Shown here piece by piece: positions 27,463 to 36,364 of a stretch of DNA of 64,000 nt. The stretch comes from a bacterium (GTDB taxonomy: Bacteria > Patescibacteriota > UBA1384 > XYA2-FULL-43-10 > JAKAMI01). Made by a program: the position numbers and the translations under genes. The stretch covers positions 1,047-65,046 of the forward strand of contig JAKAMI010000002.1 of the NCBI GenBank assembly GCA_021812945.1, written 5' to 3'. The notes beneath the pieces were generated by a model. The model worked only from the letters and a program-made list of their open reading frames with translations, was not told the origin of the DNA and did no database searches. The stretch's first letter is position 1, and every line of letters begins with the position of its first letter.

Positions 27463-27585
27463 TATTAGTTGGCGGTGGAAGAACCCGCTAGTCGGCCTGC
27501 TGGCTACGCCGATGATTTTCCTCACCCACCTCTGGTACGGTATTCGCTTTGTCCAAGGCTTAATTGTTTCTAAATTGGCCAGATA
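27463..27585 (+). other. Diverged duplicate of the GT2 gene 3' end (candidate attR; displaced original gene tail)
   Basis: 52 nt identical core (ttagttggcggtggaagaacccgctagtcggcctgctggctacgccgatgat), then synonymous or conservative divergence. It encodes ISWRWKNPLVGLLATPMIFLTHLWYGIRFVQGLIVSKLAR* versus ...ILLTHLWYGIRFVQGLAVTKLAR* at 22548-22672, and is followed by its own terminator. Confidence 0.65.
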
Positions 27586-27602
27586 AAAGCTCTCTTAAAA
27601 CA

Positions 27603-27650
27603 CAGAACCGCCGCCTAGACTGACGACGATTGCGGTTCTGGTTTTTTGTG
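27603..27650 (+). terminator. Intrinsic terminator (bidirectional position)
   Basis: cagaaccgc-cgcctagactgacgacgatt-gcggttctg gttttttgtg. Confidence 0.65.
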
Positions 27651-27663
27651 CGACAGCGTGCGC

Positions 27664-28305
27664 CTACTGAGCGGTGGTCATCCAGTTGGATCGAGAACCA
27701 CACTGTGTCTCAAAATCGCCGACTCGCTCGAGGAGGAACTGAGAACGTGTTCTCGCTGCCGCCAGTTGCTTCTGGCGCACCTCTGTACACCGCTGAAACT
27801 CCCCAAGAATCTCGCGGACCATCTCCAGGGGTCGGAGACAGACACAGTTGAGGAGCTCCGTTGAGGTGACTACCCGGCTGGTGATCTCCACCGCTTTGCT
27901 GACTGTGAGATCACGATCCGAGTCGGGGGCCTCAGAGTAGGTCACCGTAGTAACAACCCATCCTTCTGAGCAGACACCCCAGATCTGACACCTATTGCTT
28001 AGTCTGTTCTCCTCCAACCATAGGAAACGCTGATCGTAGAAGAACATGCCTCTGGTGTTCTTCTTGAGAACCCCGGTGACTTTCGGCTTGTCCTGGAATA
28101 AATAGTGGGGAGATACACCGTCCCCCAGACATTCGACGTCAAGGATTGCCGAGAGTGGCAGGTCCCAGATCTCGTGCCTGAGGTAGTCGAGGAGTTGGTC
28201 GAATGTCTCTTCCCACCTACTTTCGCTGGTAATCTGGCGGATGACAGCGGCTCGTAGGTCACGTTCCCGGTCTGAGGTGAGTCTGATAGTGTTCTCGGTT
28301 GACAT
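27664..28305 (-). CDS. Hypothetical protein (no recognisable domain) adjacent to the IS
   Basis: ATG at 28305 with an aaggaggt SD. Confidence 0.45.
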   Translation of the reverse strand: MSTENTIRLTSDRERDLRAAVIRQITSESRWEETFDQLLDYLRHEIWDLPLSAILDVECLGDGVSPHYLFQDKPKVTGVLKKNTRGMFFYDQRFLWLEENRLSNRCQIWGVCSEGWVVTTVTYSEAPDSDRDLTVSKAVEITSRVVTSTELLNCVCLRPLEMVREILGEFQRCTEVRQKQLAAARTRSQFLLERVGDFETQCGSRSNWMTTAQ

Positions 28306-28389
28306 TGTCAACCTCCTTTGGGAGTTGCTCAGCAATTGCTAAGCTAGCCCGAGACTAGCATAAGTACGAATACTAAACAATACCCAAGC

Positions 28390-29716
28390 GGCTCTATGTC
28401 AAGTGGTGTGGTAGTAGGAGACTGATCGGGATAAATGCCAGCAATGCTTTTCTGATGTAGTTATCTACGTTTCTGAATCCGTACGAAAGACGTTTGATTG
28501 TTTTTAGTTTGGTATTAACTCCTTCGGTGTAGCCGTTAGTGGTGAAACGATCGAAGTAAGCCAGAATCTCATTTTGCCAGCGCATCAACATTTTCAGAAG
28601 TTGCCTGGTCGGTTGATGATTGGAGCCTTTCATCTTGTTAGTCAGGATATTAAAGCTTAGTTCCGCGAGTGTTTTGTTGGGTATCTTGTAGATCCGGCGC
28701 AACTCTTCTTTACAACTCCAGAGCTCGCCTAATTCCGGATATGCTTTGTTAATCTCGTTTAAGGCGACTCGTTCGTTTGGTTTTAGATGTTCTTTCGGTT
28801 TGTCAAAGATGACTTTGGGTAGTTTAACTTTGTCAGTCCCCTGGATTAAAGTTCTTAAGTTAGAAAGTTGACGATTGGCTTCGGCAATTACATGGAAAGC
28901 ATCAACTACGATTGTAGCCCTAGGTAGCTCCCTCTTGATTGTTTGGTAGTAACGCCTGTCCATATCTATACAGACTTCAGTAATGGCTTCCTTGCGCGCG
29001 GCTGGTATGTCTTGAAGAAATTTCTCAACCGTAATCCGACTATCATCCGGTAAGATAGAGATCAGCTGGCGATTTGTGATATCGGTGAAGGTAGGCAACA
29101 TTTTCTGGCCGGAAAAACTATGACAATCTAGACCCATTGAAATTACAATCCCTTCCGGCCAGACACCAACCAGAGGGTTGATTTTGTCGTTTAAGATTTG
29201 TTGAATGGTGGTAAAGCTAGTCTCGGCTAAATCCTGCTGAGTTTTGAAACTGGTTGAGCCCAAGCCCTTGATTATCTGATCTGCGTAGACCAGAGAATAG
29301 TTCTTATTAAGTGGAATTGATTTGTGGCGGTCGGTGGTGATGTGACGACGCCTATCTTTTTTCTGGCACCACCAGCAGAAGAATGCCCTAGTTTTAACTC
29401 TAAGCATAATTAAATTGCCTTGCCAAAACATGTGCTTAACCCGTCTGGGTTTTAAGTGGCGGTTAAGAGTCGTGACGTAGCGTCCGCAGTCTCTACAATG
29501 GACACCTTTAGTTTTTGGTCTTACGGTGATCAACATAACTTTGCCGTTTATCTCCGTATTTTCAACATGGAACTCTTGCAGTTTGAACATCTTTTTGAAA
29601 CAATTCTCCATAGGTAGACTCCTTGTAGTTAAGTGATATTTCCTACAATCAGTCTACCTACTTTTGTTTTACGCATAAAGCGTAGCTAACCGTACCACAC
29701 TGTTTAGTATAGAGCC
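28390..29716 (-). mobile_element. ISL3-family insertion sequence
   Basis: Imperfect terminal inverted repeats of about 25 bp: ggctctatgtcaagtggtgtggtag at about 28390 and ggctctatactaaacagtgtggtac (reverse complement) at about 29690-29716. No clear direct repeats. Confidence 0.55.
28394..29611 (-). CDS. ISL3-family transposase
   Basis: N-terminal zinc finger (CRDCGRYV...CWWCQKK) and C-terminal DDE_Tnp_ISL3 signature FDRFTTNGYTEGVNTKLKTIKRLSYGFRNVDNYIRKALL. Confidence 0.85.
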   Translation of the reverse strand: MENCFKKMFKLQEFHVENTEINGKVMLITVRPKTKGVHCRDCGRYVTTLNRHLKPRRVKHMFWQGNLIMLRVKTRAFFCWWCQKKDRRRHITTDRHKSIPLNKNYSLVYADQIIKGLGSTSFKTQQDLAETSFTTIQQILNDKINPLVGVWPEGIVISMGLDCHSFSGQKMLPTFTDITNRQLISILPDDSRITVEKFLQDIPAARKEAITEVCIDMDRRYYQTIKRELPRATIVVDAFHVIAEANRQLSNLRTLIQGTDKVKLPKVIFDKPKEHLKPNERVALNEINKAYPELGELWSCKEELRRIYKIPNKTLAELSFNILTNKMKGSNHQPTRQLLKMLMRWQNEILAYFDRFTTNGYTEGVNTKLKTIKRLSYGFRNVDNYIRKALLAFIPISLLLPHHLT

Positions 29717-29856
29717 GGGCGGTTTACACCCCAATCCAAAAAACCCTTGACTAATTTCTGTCATGCTGAATTTATTTCAGCATCTTAAGACAAGTGCGTA
29801 ACATTTTGGGATTCTGAAACAAGTTCAGAATGACGAAAAGAAAAGTTTCCGGAATA

Positions 29857-30072
29857 CTACCTAGACCTCACAACCTCATTATACGCATTTATTAGCTCAT
29901 TTGCATCAGACTCATCAAGGGTTAGAATATAGTCCTGTTTTGTTAGGTTATCCTTCTCGGCTCCAGTAAAAATAAGACCGGTTTTGTTAGCAATTTGTTC
30001 TAACTGCTTCAAGGTCAGACGATTGAGTTTTTTTGCGAATGCCTCGTATTCTTTTTTAGTGAACGGTTTCAT
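29857..30072 (-). CDS. Small hypothetical protein
   Basis: 71 aa; its start overlaps the stop of the GNAT fragment. Confidence 0.35.
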   Translation of the reverse strand: MKPFTKKEYEAFAKKLNRLTLKQLEQIANKTGLIFTGAEKDNLTKQDYILTLDESDANELINAYNEVVRSR

Positions 30073-30541
30073 AGCCCACCCTTTTTCAATTGCATTTGGA
30101 GTTCATCTCCGTTTCCTCCGGTGACTAAGAACCCCATTTTTTCATAGAGTTTTATCGCCCCAGTGTTTGATTTGAAAACTTCCAAATTGATCTCTGTTAT
30201 ACCCCATTTGTAGGCTTTGTGAATTACATATTCCATAGCCTGTTTTCCGATTCCCAATCCCCAATAGTCTTTGTCGCCGATCATGATAAAGGCATTCGAA
30301 ACATGGGCTTTTAGGTCAATTTCAGTCAGACCGACCATTCCGACCGTTTTCCGATCGATGTTAATGGCCCAAAAAATTTATTCTCATTAGCTTTGTATCT
30401 TTTGAACCAATCTTGCTGTTCTGTTCTCAACTGTACGATCGACTCATCTCCAAAAACACCCAGAGCTACTCGGGGGTCAGTCAACCACTTGACTCGGGTT
30501 GGTACATCTTTAGCGGTGAATGGTCTAAATGAAATTTTCAT
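30069..30541 (-). pseudogene. GNAT-family N-acetyltransferase split by a frameshift in a homopolymer tract
   Basis: The N-terminal part (30541..30326, MKISFRPFTAKD...) and C-terminal part (30338..30069, with the GLGIGKQAMEYVI motif A) are in different frames around a tttttt/aaaaaa run near 30369. This could instead be a sequencing error. Confidence 0.5.
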
Positions 30542-30573
30542 CTGCAAAATATATTTCAACGGGTAAAAAGGGG

Positions 30574-31953
30574 TTACTCCTCGTGCCAGTTGACTATTTG
30601 GTAGCTTTTGCTCTTGGGAAAATAAGGCGGCGGAGTATAGAGGAGCCGGTTGTCGTAGTTGTAACCGGCATGGGCGAAACCCCAATAAACAATACCGCTG
30701 CTGGTCCATTGGAACTCTAATCCCCCTTGTTGGGTAATGGCGCCGTAAATATTCAAAGTACCCTTAAGGGGACCGGAAGACTGAAAATAGGCCCGGCCGT
30801 TTTTGGCCAGCATAGCGGCGTCGATGGTCAGGTCGTTGGGGCAGGTCGAAACGATGGGGATATCTTGGTTGGCAACCAACCCCAGCTTGGCAACGGAGTC
30901 GTTTTGAGCATAGGTGATATTGCCGTTAATAAAGATATTTTTACTTGAGACAAGAGTCATCTCCCGATTTTTGACTGTACCGTCGACCCAGACATTGTCG
31001 TCAAAAAACATGAGATTCCCGGCATATGCCTGGCTCGGAAGATAACTTTTTTCAATGTTTATTTGCCCGTAAGCCGCCGTATTACTCTTGTAACTACTGA
31101 CTTTAGTAATGCTGTATTGACTATCCGCCAGGGTTATGTGATAGCCCTGTTTGTTGCTATCGCCGTAGTATTGGTTTTGGGCTATCGCTTTGGACTTCAG
31201 ATCGTTAAAATCAATGTCGGCTAGATTGAACGGAGCAGCGCTATAGACTATCGGGGTCGTATCGAATTTACCCGGACCACCGGCACAGGGGCAAATACCG
31301 CCGGGGCAGTAAGAGTCACTGACCCATTTGGTGGTAAAAGTTGAGTCAATCGAGCAGGTTAGATTGGTTTTACCTTTGATCTCGCCGTAATTACGAATAC
31401 CTTTGTTCGAGGAGTTGACCCAGACGGGGCCGTTGATCACCTCCTGGGTATCGACATAAATCTCGTCGGTTAAAGAATTGATGAAAGCGTTGGCAAACGA
31501 GGGGATGGTCAGATCGGTCGTGATGGTTTTCCGAGTGGTGCTGCCGTTGACCGTTCCGGTAGATTTCAGTTTCACGATGTTGGTATCGTTGGTTGGATAG
31601 ATGAGGAGACTGTAATTACCTATGAGTTTGCCTGAGTTGTCGGTGTAATCATGAGAGTAAGGGCCGTAAGAACCATCCGGATTTAACTGCCGGCAGGCAT
31701 CGGCGGAATTGGCGCTGCAGTTGTCCCAAAAATCGTTCGGATTGTGCTCCAGATGCCAAAGATAATAGTTGATGCCGGCTTCGGCAATGTTGACTGCCGA
31801 AACCTGGCGGCTGTAGAGGCTGGAACGTTTGAGACTGGCGGAGACCATCGCCAGAAGCGCTACCGCCATGATTAAAAGTATGGTGGTAGCCATCAGAATC
31901 CAAGGGAGAAAAGTAGCAGATTTGAAAGGAGTTTTGAGTCTGATTGGTCTCAT
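30574..31953 (-). CDS. Large membrane-anchored secreted protein of the pilus operon (putative minor-pilin or tip-associated component)
   Basis: N-terminal TM helix, Asn/Thr/Ser-rich beta-rich body. Last gene of the T4P operon. Confidence 0.4.
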   Translation of the reverse strand: MRPIRLKTPFKSATFLPWILMATTILLIMAVALLAMVSASLKRSSLYSRQVSAVNIAEAGINYYLWHLEHNPNDFWDNCSANSADACRQLNPDGSYGPYSHDYTDNSGKLIGNYSLLIYPTNDTNIVKLKSTGTVNGSTTRKTITTDLTIPSFANAFINSLTDEIYVDTQEVINGPVWVNSSNKGIRNYGEIKGKTNLTCSIDSTFTTKWVSDSYCPGGICPCAGGPGKFDTTPIVYSAAPFNLADIDFNDLKSKAIAQNQYYGDSNKQGYHITLADSQYSITKVSSYKSNTAAYGQINIEKSYLPSQAYAGNLMFFDDNVWVDGTVKNREMTLVSSKNIFINGNITYAQNDSVAKLGLVANQDIPIVSTCPNDLTIDAAMLAKNGRAYFQSSGPLKGTLNIYGAITQQGGLEFQWTSSGIVYWGFAHAGYNYDNRLLYTPPPYFPKSKSYQIVNWHEE

Positions 31954-31972
31954 AAGCCAGATTAGTCTAATG

Positions 31973-32572
31973 TTAGAGGTTGTCTTTCAGATTTCGGATG
32001 TCGACCCGGGTTTTGGATTCCACCTCGCGGCTGGCGTATCGTCCGATCGCTTGGTTGCGAAGATCAATCTGGACCAGCCGGACTTTGGTCACATCGCAAG
32101 GAGTAGCCAGAGCGGCCCCGGTCGAGTCGAAGTAACTGAAGACGGGAGTGCTGTCGGAATTGGTTACATAGGTCGAGACGACCTGATCAACCGATTGGTC
32201 TGCCGGATAAGTAATCCCGCCAAGCTGATCGACGGCCGGCTGGATGGTGGATTTGCTAATTTGCTGCTGATTCTGATCCAGTCCGTAGCTGATTTTTTGC
32301 GCCGGGGAATCAATCGCTCCTTTGTAATAGTAAAAGGTCAATTGGTTCTTGTCGCAAAGTTCTACCGAAGTCGCCGCCTTAATCTCCGGCGTCAGTCTCG
32401 AAAAAGCATTGATTTGTTGGTCGGTCATTTCCAGCTTGAGCTGATTTATCTGATAGTTTTTGAGATTGGAGGTAAAAAATTGGCTGATTATCACCACTAA
32501 AATAGAAATTGCGGCGGCAGCTATCGAAATCTCGATCAGAGTGAAAGCGGATTTTGTTCTGGCTTTTATCAT
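31973..32572 (-). CDS. Type IV pilin-like protein (class III signal peptide)
   Basis: MIKARTKSAFTLIEISIAAAAISILVV prepilin N-terminus. Confidence 0.65.
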   Translation of the reverse strand: MIKARTKSAFTLIEISIAAAAISILVVIISQFFTSNLKNYQINQLKLEMTDQQINAFSRLTPEIKAATSVELCDKNQLTFYYYKGAIDSPAQKISYGLDQNQQQISKSTIQPAVDQLGGITYPADQSVDQVVSTYVTNSDSTPVFSYFDSTGAALATPCDVTKVRLVQIDLRNQAIGRYASREVESKTRVDIRNLKDNL

Positions 32573-32575
32573 AGT

Positions 32576-33910
32576 CTAGTTGCTGGTTATTTCAATCGCA
32601 TTATTCTTGAGGCTGATTTGGTTCAGATTATTGGTCAATTTCAGATCCCAAGAGCCGTTTGCCGCATTGGTCAAATCAAAAGAAATCGAGGCTGAGGAAG
32701 GAGTGGCATTTACGATGGTTCCCACGATGTCGGCTACACCGGTGTGCGCCAGTCTGGCCTCGGTTAAAGCATCAAGATGCGTGCCGGTAACCACCAGCTC
32801 GACACCGGCAGCCTTGTCCGGGTGTGCAGGCTTGATGTCGGTAACAGTGATGAAAGTGGCGGTATCACCGGTTAGAACGGTTGCGTGGACGGTCTGGCAC
32901 AGATTGGCCTTATAGTCATCGCTCCAACTGGTGATCGAGGGGGGACAGACTCCCGGGCAACCGCCGCCGCTTCCTCCGCCTCCAGAGGTGTAAAAAGCCT
33001 TATAAATCTGAAGCGCGGGAGTCAAGGTTTGATCCGTGGTTTGGAGGGTGGTTTCCACTTGAAGGTAGCGTTGTTGTACGACCACAAAAAGAGAAATCGA
33101 TGAGGCGTAAGGTATTGAGGCTGACCAAGCAGACCAATTTGACGAGTCGGGCGATGTTCTGAAACGAAAGCCAACTTGAGTCTTATCCGGAATGGTGGCA
33201 ACCGGCACGAAAGTATCCCAACTCTTAAAGGAGGGTGTACCGTCAATTTGGCTTGCGGCCGAGACGTGTGTTGCGGTCAATGGTTGCCCGTAAGCTTCAA
33301 GCTCGTATAAATTGGCCACCCATTGGGGCGCCGGCATGCCGCCGCCTTCCAGCTTGATCCTGAGATAGGAGGCGCTGACCGGAGGCGAAATGTCGTATGT
33401 CTGCCAACCTTCGTTTTTATAGCCCATAGTTGTGACTTGAAGAGAAAAGTTGACCCCATCGGTTGAAGTGTAGATGTAGGCCCCGCCGAGCAAGACCTCT
33501 CTGACTACGCGGAACTGATTGATGTTATAGGCTCCGTTCAGTTTGAGCGTCCAAAGCGCGGTCCCTCCACAGCCGACACCCGAACAAATGGTTCCGCCCC
33601 AAGCCGTGTCGATGTTGCCGTCGAAGACATTGGTCTTGTTTTCGTCATGCATGGTCACTGTAAGATTGGTGTTGTCAATATCATAAATCGTTTTCAGGTC
33701 AATTTTGGCGTTGCTCGGATTGATCCTAACGTCGCCGCCGATCGGCGGGTTTGGGTTGTTCAGGTCGGTGTTTACGTTTATTCCGGCTTGCCAATCACTT
33801 TTTGAATCCAGTGTGACCGAGCCTGTGCCGGCCGAAACCGGCAGGACCCGAGTGATCGCTCCCAGAAGAAGCAGGATCAGGACAATTTTGATAGAAGTAA
33901 CTTTTTTCAT
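32576..33910 (-). CDS. Secreted protein with F5/8 type C (discoidin) carbohydrate-binding domain, encoded among pilin genes
   Basis: Signal peptide MKKVTSIKIVLILLLLGAITRVLPVSA; NVFDGNIDTAWGG...QFRVV motif of discoidin domains. Confidence 0.55.
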   Translation of the reverse strand: MKKVTSIKIVLILLLLGAITRVLPVSAGTGSVTLDSKSDWQAGINVNTDLNNPNPPIGGDVRINPSNAKIDLKTIYDIDNTNLTVTMHDENKTNVFDGNIDTAWGGTICSGVGCGGTALWTLKLNGAYNINQFRVVREVLLGGAYIYTSTDGVNFSLQVTTMGYKNEGWQTYDISPPVSASYLRIKLEGGGMPAPQWVANLYELEAYGQPLTATHVSAASQIDGTPSFKSWDTFVPVATIPDKTQVGFRFRTSPDSSNWSAWSASIPYASSISLFVVVQQRYLQVETTLQTTDQTLTPALQIYKAFYTSGGGGSGGGCPGVCPPSITSWSDDYKANLCQTVHATVLTGDTATFITVTDIKPAHPDKAAGVELVVTGTHLDALTEARLAHTGVADIVGTIVNATPSSASISFDLTNAANGSWDLKLTNNLNQISLKNNAIEITSN

Positions 33911-33918
33911 TCTTTAAA

Positions 33919-34941
33919 CTAATTATTGGTATAGTTATACCTGTCGTGTTCGATGAGCGGAATGAGTATTTTTCCGTTGGCGTCCGTAGTTTTCCATTGA
34001 TCGTACTTGGATTTCGGGTCGGTGCAAAGCAACCGGGCGCTCTGCACTCTGATGGAGGTATTGGGCAGGGGATTTCCGTTGGCATCTTTGACCAAAATCT
34101 CCAAGTCGGTCAGACAGCGAATCTGCATTTGGATTGTAGTCACGGTTTGAACCCGGATAATCGGGTTGAGAGTAGCTCCCGAGGTATCGATAGCGACCGA
34201 ACAAAAGTTTTTGCTCAAAGTCGTGTCGGTGCTGTAATCTTGTTTGGTGACGCTGACTATATAGCTGTTGTCCTCGGCCGGGGGAAGCATCGGTACCATA
34301 ACTTGACCGTAGTCGTCGGTGTAGACGGTAATCCCTTCGGTCGGAAAACCGGAGGCGACAAGGGTCGGGTTGGTGATGGTAACTTTGGCTCCCTGGATGG
34401 GGACGTTGCCAATCTCGGGATTATCGACCACGTTGACAACCAGGATCCCGGTGTTAGAGGCAGTCTCGGCGGCTTTGGAGGCGATGTTGGTGGTGAGGTC
34501 GGAGAGCAGCTTGTTCTCAAGGCGGTTATAAACCGAGACTGTGACTTTTTTGTAGTCGATGGGCGACGTATCGGTATATGGTTGAGGATCGGTGGCCAGG
34601 TGGTCGTAGGGATCATCGAAATATCGGGCATCAATTTTGATGGTGAAGCGGAAACCGGCGTAATCCAGATCCTCGGAATCGAGCAGGTTTTTCTGGGGTA
34701 GAATCGGGCCGTGTTGAGTAGCAATGTCGTCGTAAGGCAAACTCCGAATCATCTCGATTCGATCGTTGGCCAGATTGGCGGCGACCACCCGCATCTGGGC
34801 ATAAGACGCCGAGCGCAAATTTGTCAGCATCAGACTCAAAATCGTCACTGCCACAACACTCAAAACGGCAAAGTCGATGATAACTTCGATCAGGGAAAAA
34901 CTCAGTCCTTTGTTTTGTTTAATGTGTTTAATCTTCGTCAT
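33919..34941 (-). CDS. Large pseudopilin/minor pilin-like protein
   Basis: KGLSFSLIEVIIDFAVLSVVAVTIL prepilin-type N-terminus followed by about 300 aa. Confidence 0.55.
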   Translation of the reverse strand: MTKIKHIKQNKGLSFSLIEVIIDFAVLSVVAVTILSLMLTNLRSASYAQMRVVAANLANDRIEMIRSLPYDDIATQHGPILPQKNLLDSEDLDYAGFRFTIKIDARYFDDPYDHLATDPQPYTDTSPIDYKKVTVSVYNRLENKLLSDLTTNIASKAAETASNTGILVVNVVDNPEIGNVPIQGAKVTITNPTLVASGFPTEGITVYTDDYGQVMVPMLPPAEDNSYIVSVTKQDYSTDTTLSKNFCSVAIDTSGATLNPIIRVQTVTTIQMQIRCLTDLEILVKDANGNPLPNTSIRVQSARLLCTDPKSKYDQWKTTDANGKILIPLIEHDRYNYTNN

Positions 34942-34947
34942 AATGTA

Positions 34948-35032
34948 CCGCGACCGCCACTGATCTATTCCACAGATTGTCCACAGATCTGCGCAGATCA
35001 GTGGAATTGATCTGTGGAGGTCACCGTTCGAC
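34948..35032. repeat. Interleaved palindromes (ccactgatc / tccacagatc) between pilC and the pseudopilin gene
   Basis: The same family recurs at 36255-36350. Confidence 0.55.
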
Positions 35033-35040
35033 TATTTATT

Positions 35041-36243
35041 TTACTGTGCTCCCACCAGACCGTAAATCGGTTGCAAAACGGCAATCAGCAAAAGGCCGAT
35101 GCCGGCGCCCAGGACAATCATCATCACCGGTTCTATCAGGCTGGAGAGGTTTTTGGTGATATTGGTCACGTCTCTTTCATAAAAATCGGCCAGGGTGGTG
35201 TAGACTTCATCCATTTTGCCGCTCTTCTCGCCGACCATGGTCAGCTGGTGAATCATCGAAGGGAACAGTTTGCTCTCTTTCAGCACCGCCGATAGCGCCT
35301 TGCCATTTTCAACCTCTTTGGAGATTTTCTCGATCTCCCGATGGTAAAGGACATTGGGAATAACGTCCTTGACCACTTTGAAAATCTTCAAAATCGGAAT
35401 TCCCGAAGCGGAAAGGCTGGCAAAGGTCCGGGCGAAGTTGGCCATATAGGATTTGGTGTAAAGGTTGCCGAAGATGGGCAGTTTCAGGAGTAATTTATCA
35501 AAAAAGAGCTTTCCGGAAGGAGTCCGGTGGAAAGCAACTAAGCCGGCGATCAAAGCAGCTAATCCGGCCAGGAGATAGTACCAATAGGCAGTCATCAGAT
35601 CTCCCAAACCCATAATGACCTTCGTAATCGCCGGCATCTCCACTCCGGAGTCGGCGAAAATGGATTTGAGTTTGGGCAGGATGAAGATTAGAACAAAGAC
35701 GGCTACCCCGATGAGCGCCACAGTGATAACGGCCGGATAAATCAAAGCACCGCGGACCTTGGCGACCAAGTCGTAAGTTTTATCCATTTGTTTGGCTTGA
35801 CGTTCCAGGACTTCGTCAAGCTTACCCGATTCTTCGCCGGAAGCCACGATGCTCAGGTAGACCGAATCGAAAATCTCCGGAAATTTGGCTAAAGCGGAGG
35901 ATAAGGTGCCGCCGCTTTCGACCTCGGGTATGATCTTTTCAAGCGCTTGGCCGAGGGCCTTGCTGTTGGTTTCCTCCTGCAGAGATTTGAGAATGGTAAC
36001 AATACCCAGACCCGAGCGGATCATGACGGCCATTTGCTGGGTAAAAACGATTTTTTCTTTGAGCGGGACTTTACTCTTAAAGATCGTCAAGTTTAAACTC
36101 AAACCCTTGCTCATCGGTTCAACTTTGGTGACGAACAAACCTTTTTTCAAAACCAAAGTGACGGCATGATCCTGCGCTGCCGCTTCAACCGTTCCCGATT
36201 CCTCTTTACCTTGGCGATCCTTGGCGCGATACTTGAATAGCAT
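35041..36243 (-). CDS. pilC: Type IV pilus assembly platform protein PilC (GspF family)
   Basis: ATG at 36243 (MLFKYRAKDRQGKEESG...), two T2SSF repeats, 3 TM segments. The ORF-track extension upstream covers the palindromic repeat. Confidence 0.85.
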   Translation of the reverse strand: MLFKYRAKDRQGKEESGTVEAAAQDHAVTLVLKKGLFVTKVEPMSKGLSLNLTIFKSKVPLKEKIVFTQQMAVMIRSGLGIVTILKSLQEETNSKALGQALEKIIPEVESGGTLSSALAKFPEIFDSVYLSIVASGEESGKLDEVLERQAKQMDKTYDLVAKVRGALIYPAVITVALIGVAVFVLIFILPKLKSIFADSGVEMPAITKVIMGLGDLMTAYWYYLLAGLAALIAGLVAFHRTPSGKLFFDKLLLKLPIFGNLYTKSYMANFARTFASLSASGIPILKIFKVVKDVIPNVLYHREIEKISKEVENGKALSAVLKESKLFPSMIHQLTMVGEKSGKMDEVYTTLADFYERDVTNITKNLSSLIEPVMMIVLGAGIGLLLIAVLQPIYGLVGAQ

Positions 36244-36254
36244 CAATCTCCTTC

Positions 36255-36350
36255 GTCGATAAATATTGAACGGCGACCCCCCACAGATCAATTCCACAGA
36301 TGAGGACAGGATAATCAGTGGATTATCAGTGGAGTTGATCTGTGGGGGGT
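36255..36350. repeat. Palindromic repeat (ccccacagatcaattccacag...ctgtggagttgatctgtgggg) between pilB and pilC
   Basis: Nested inverted repeats sharing the ccacagatc core with 34948-35032. Confidence 0.55.
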
Positions 36351-36364
36351 CGCTGGCTCAACTC

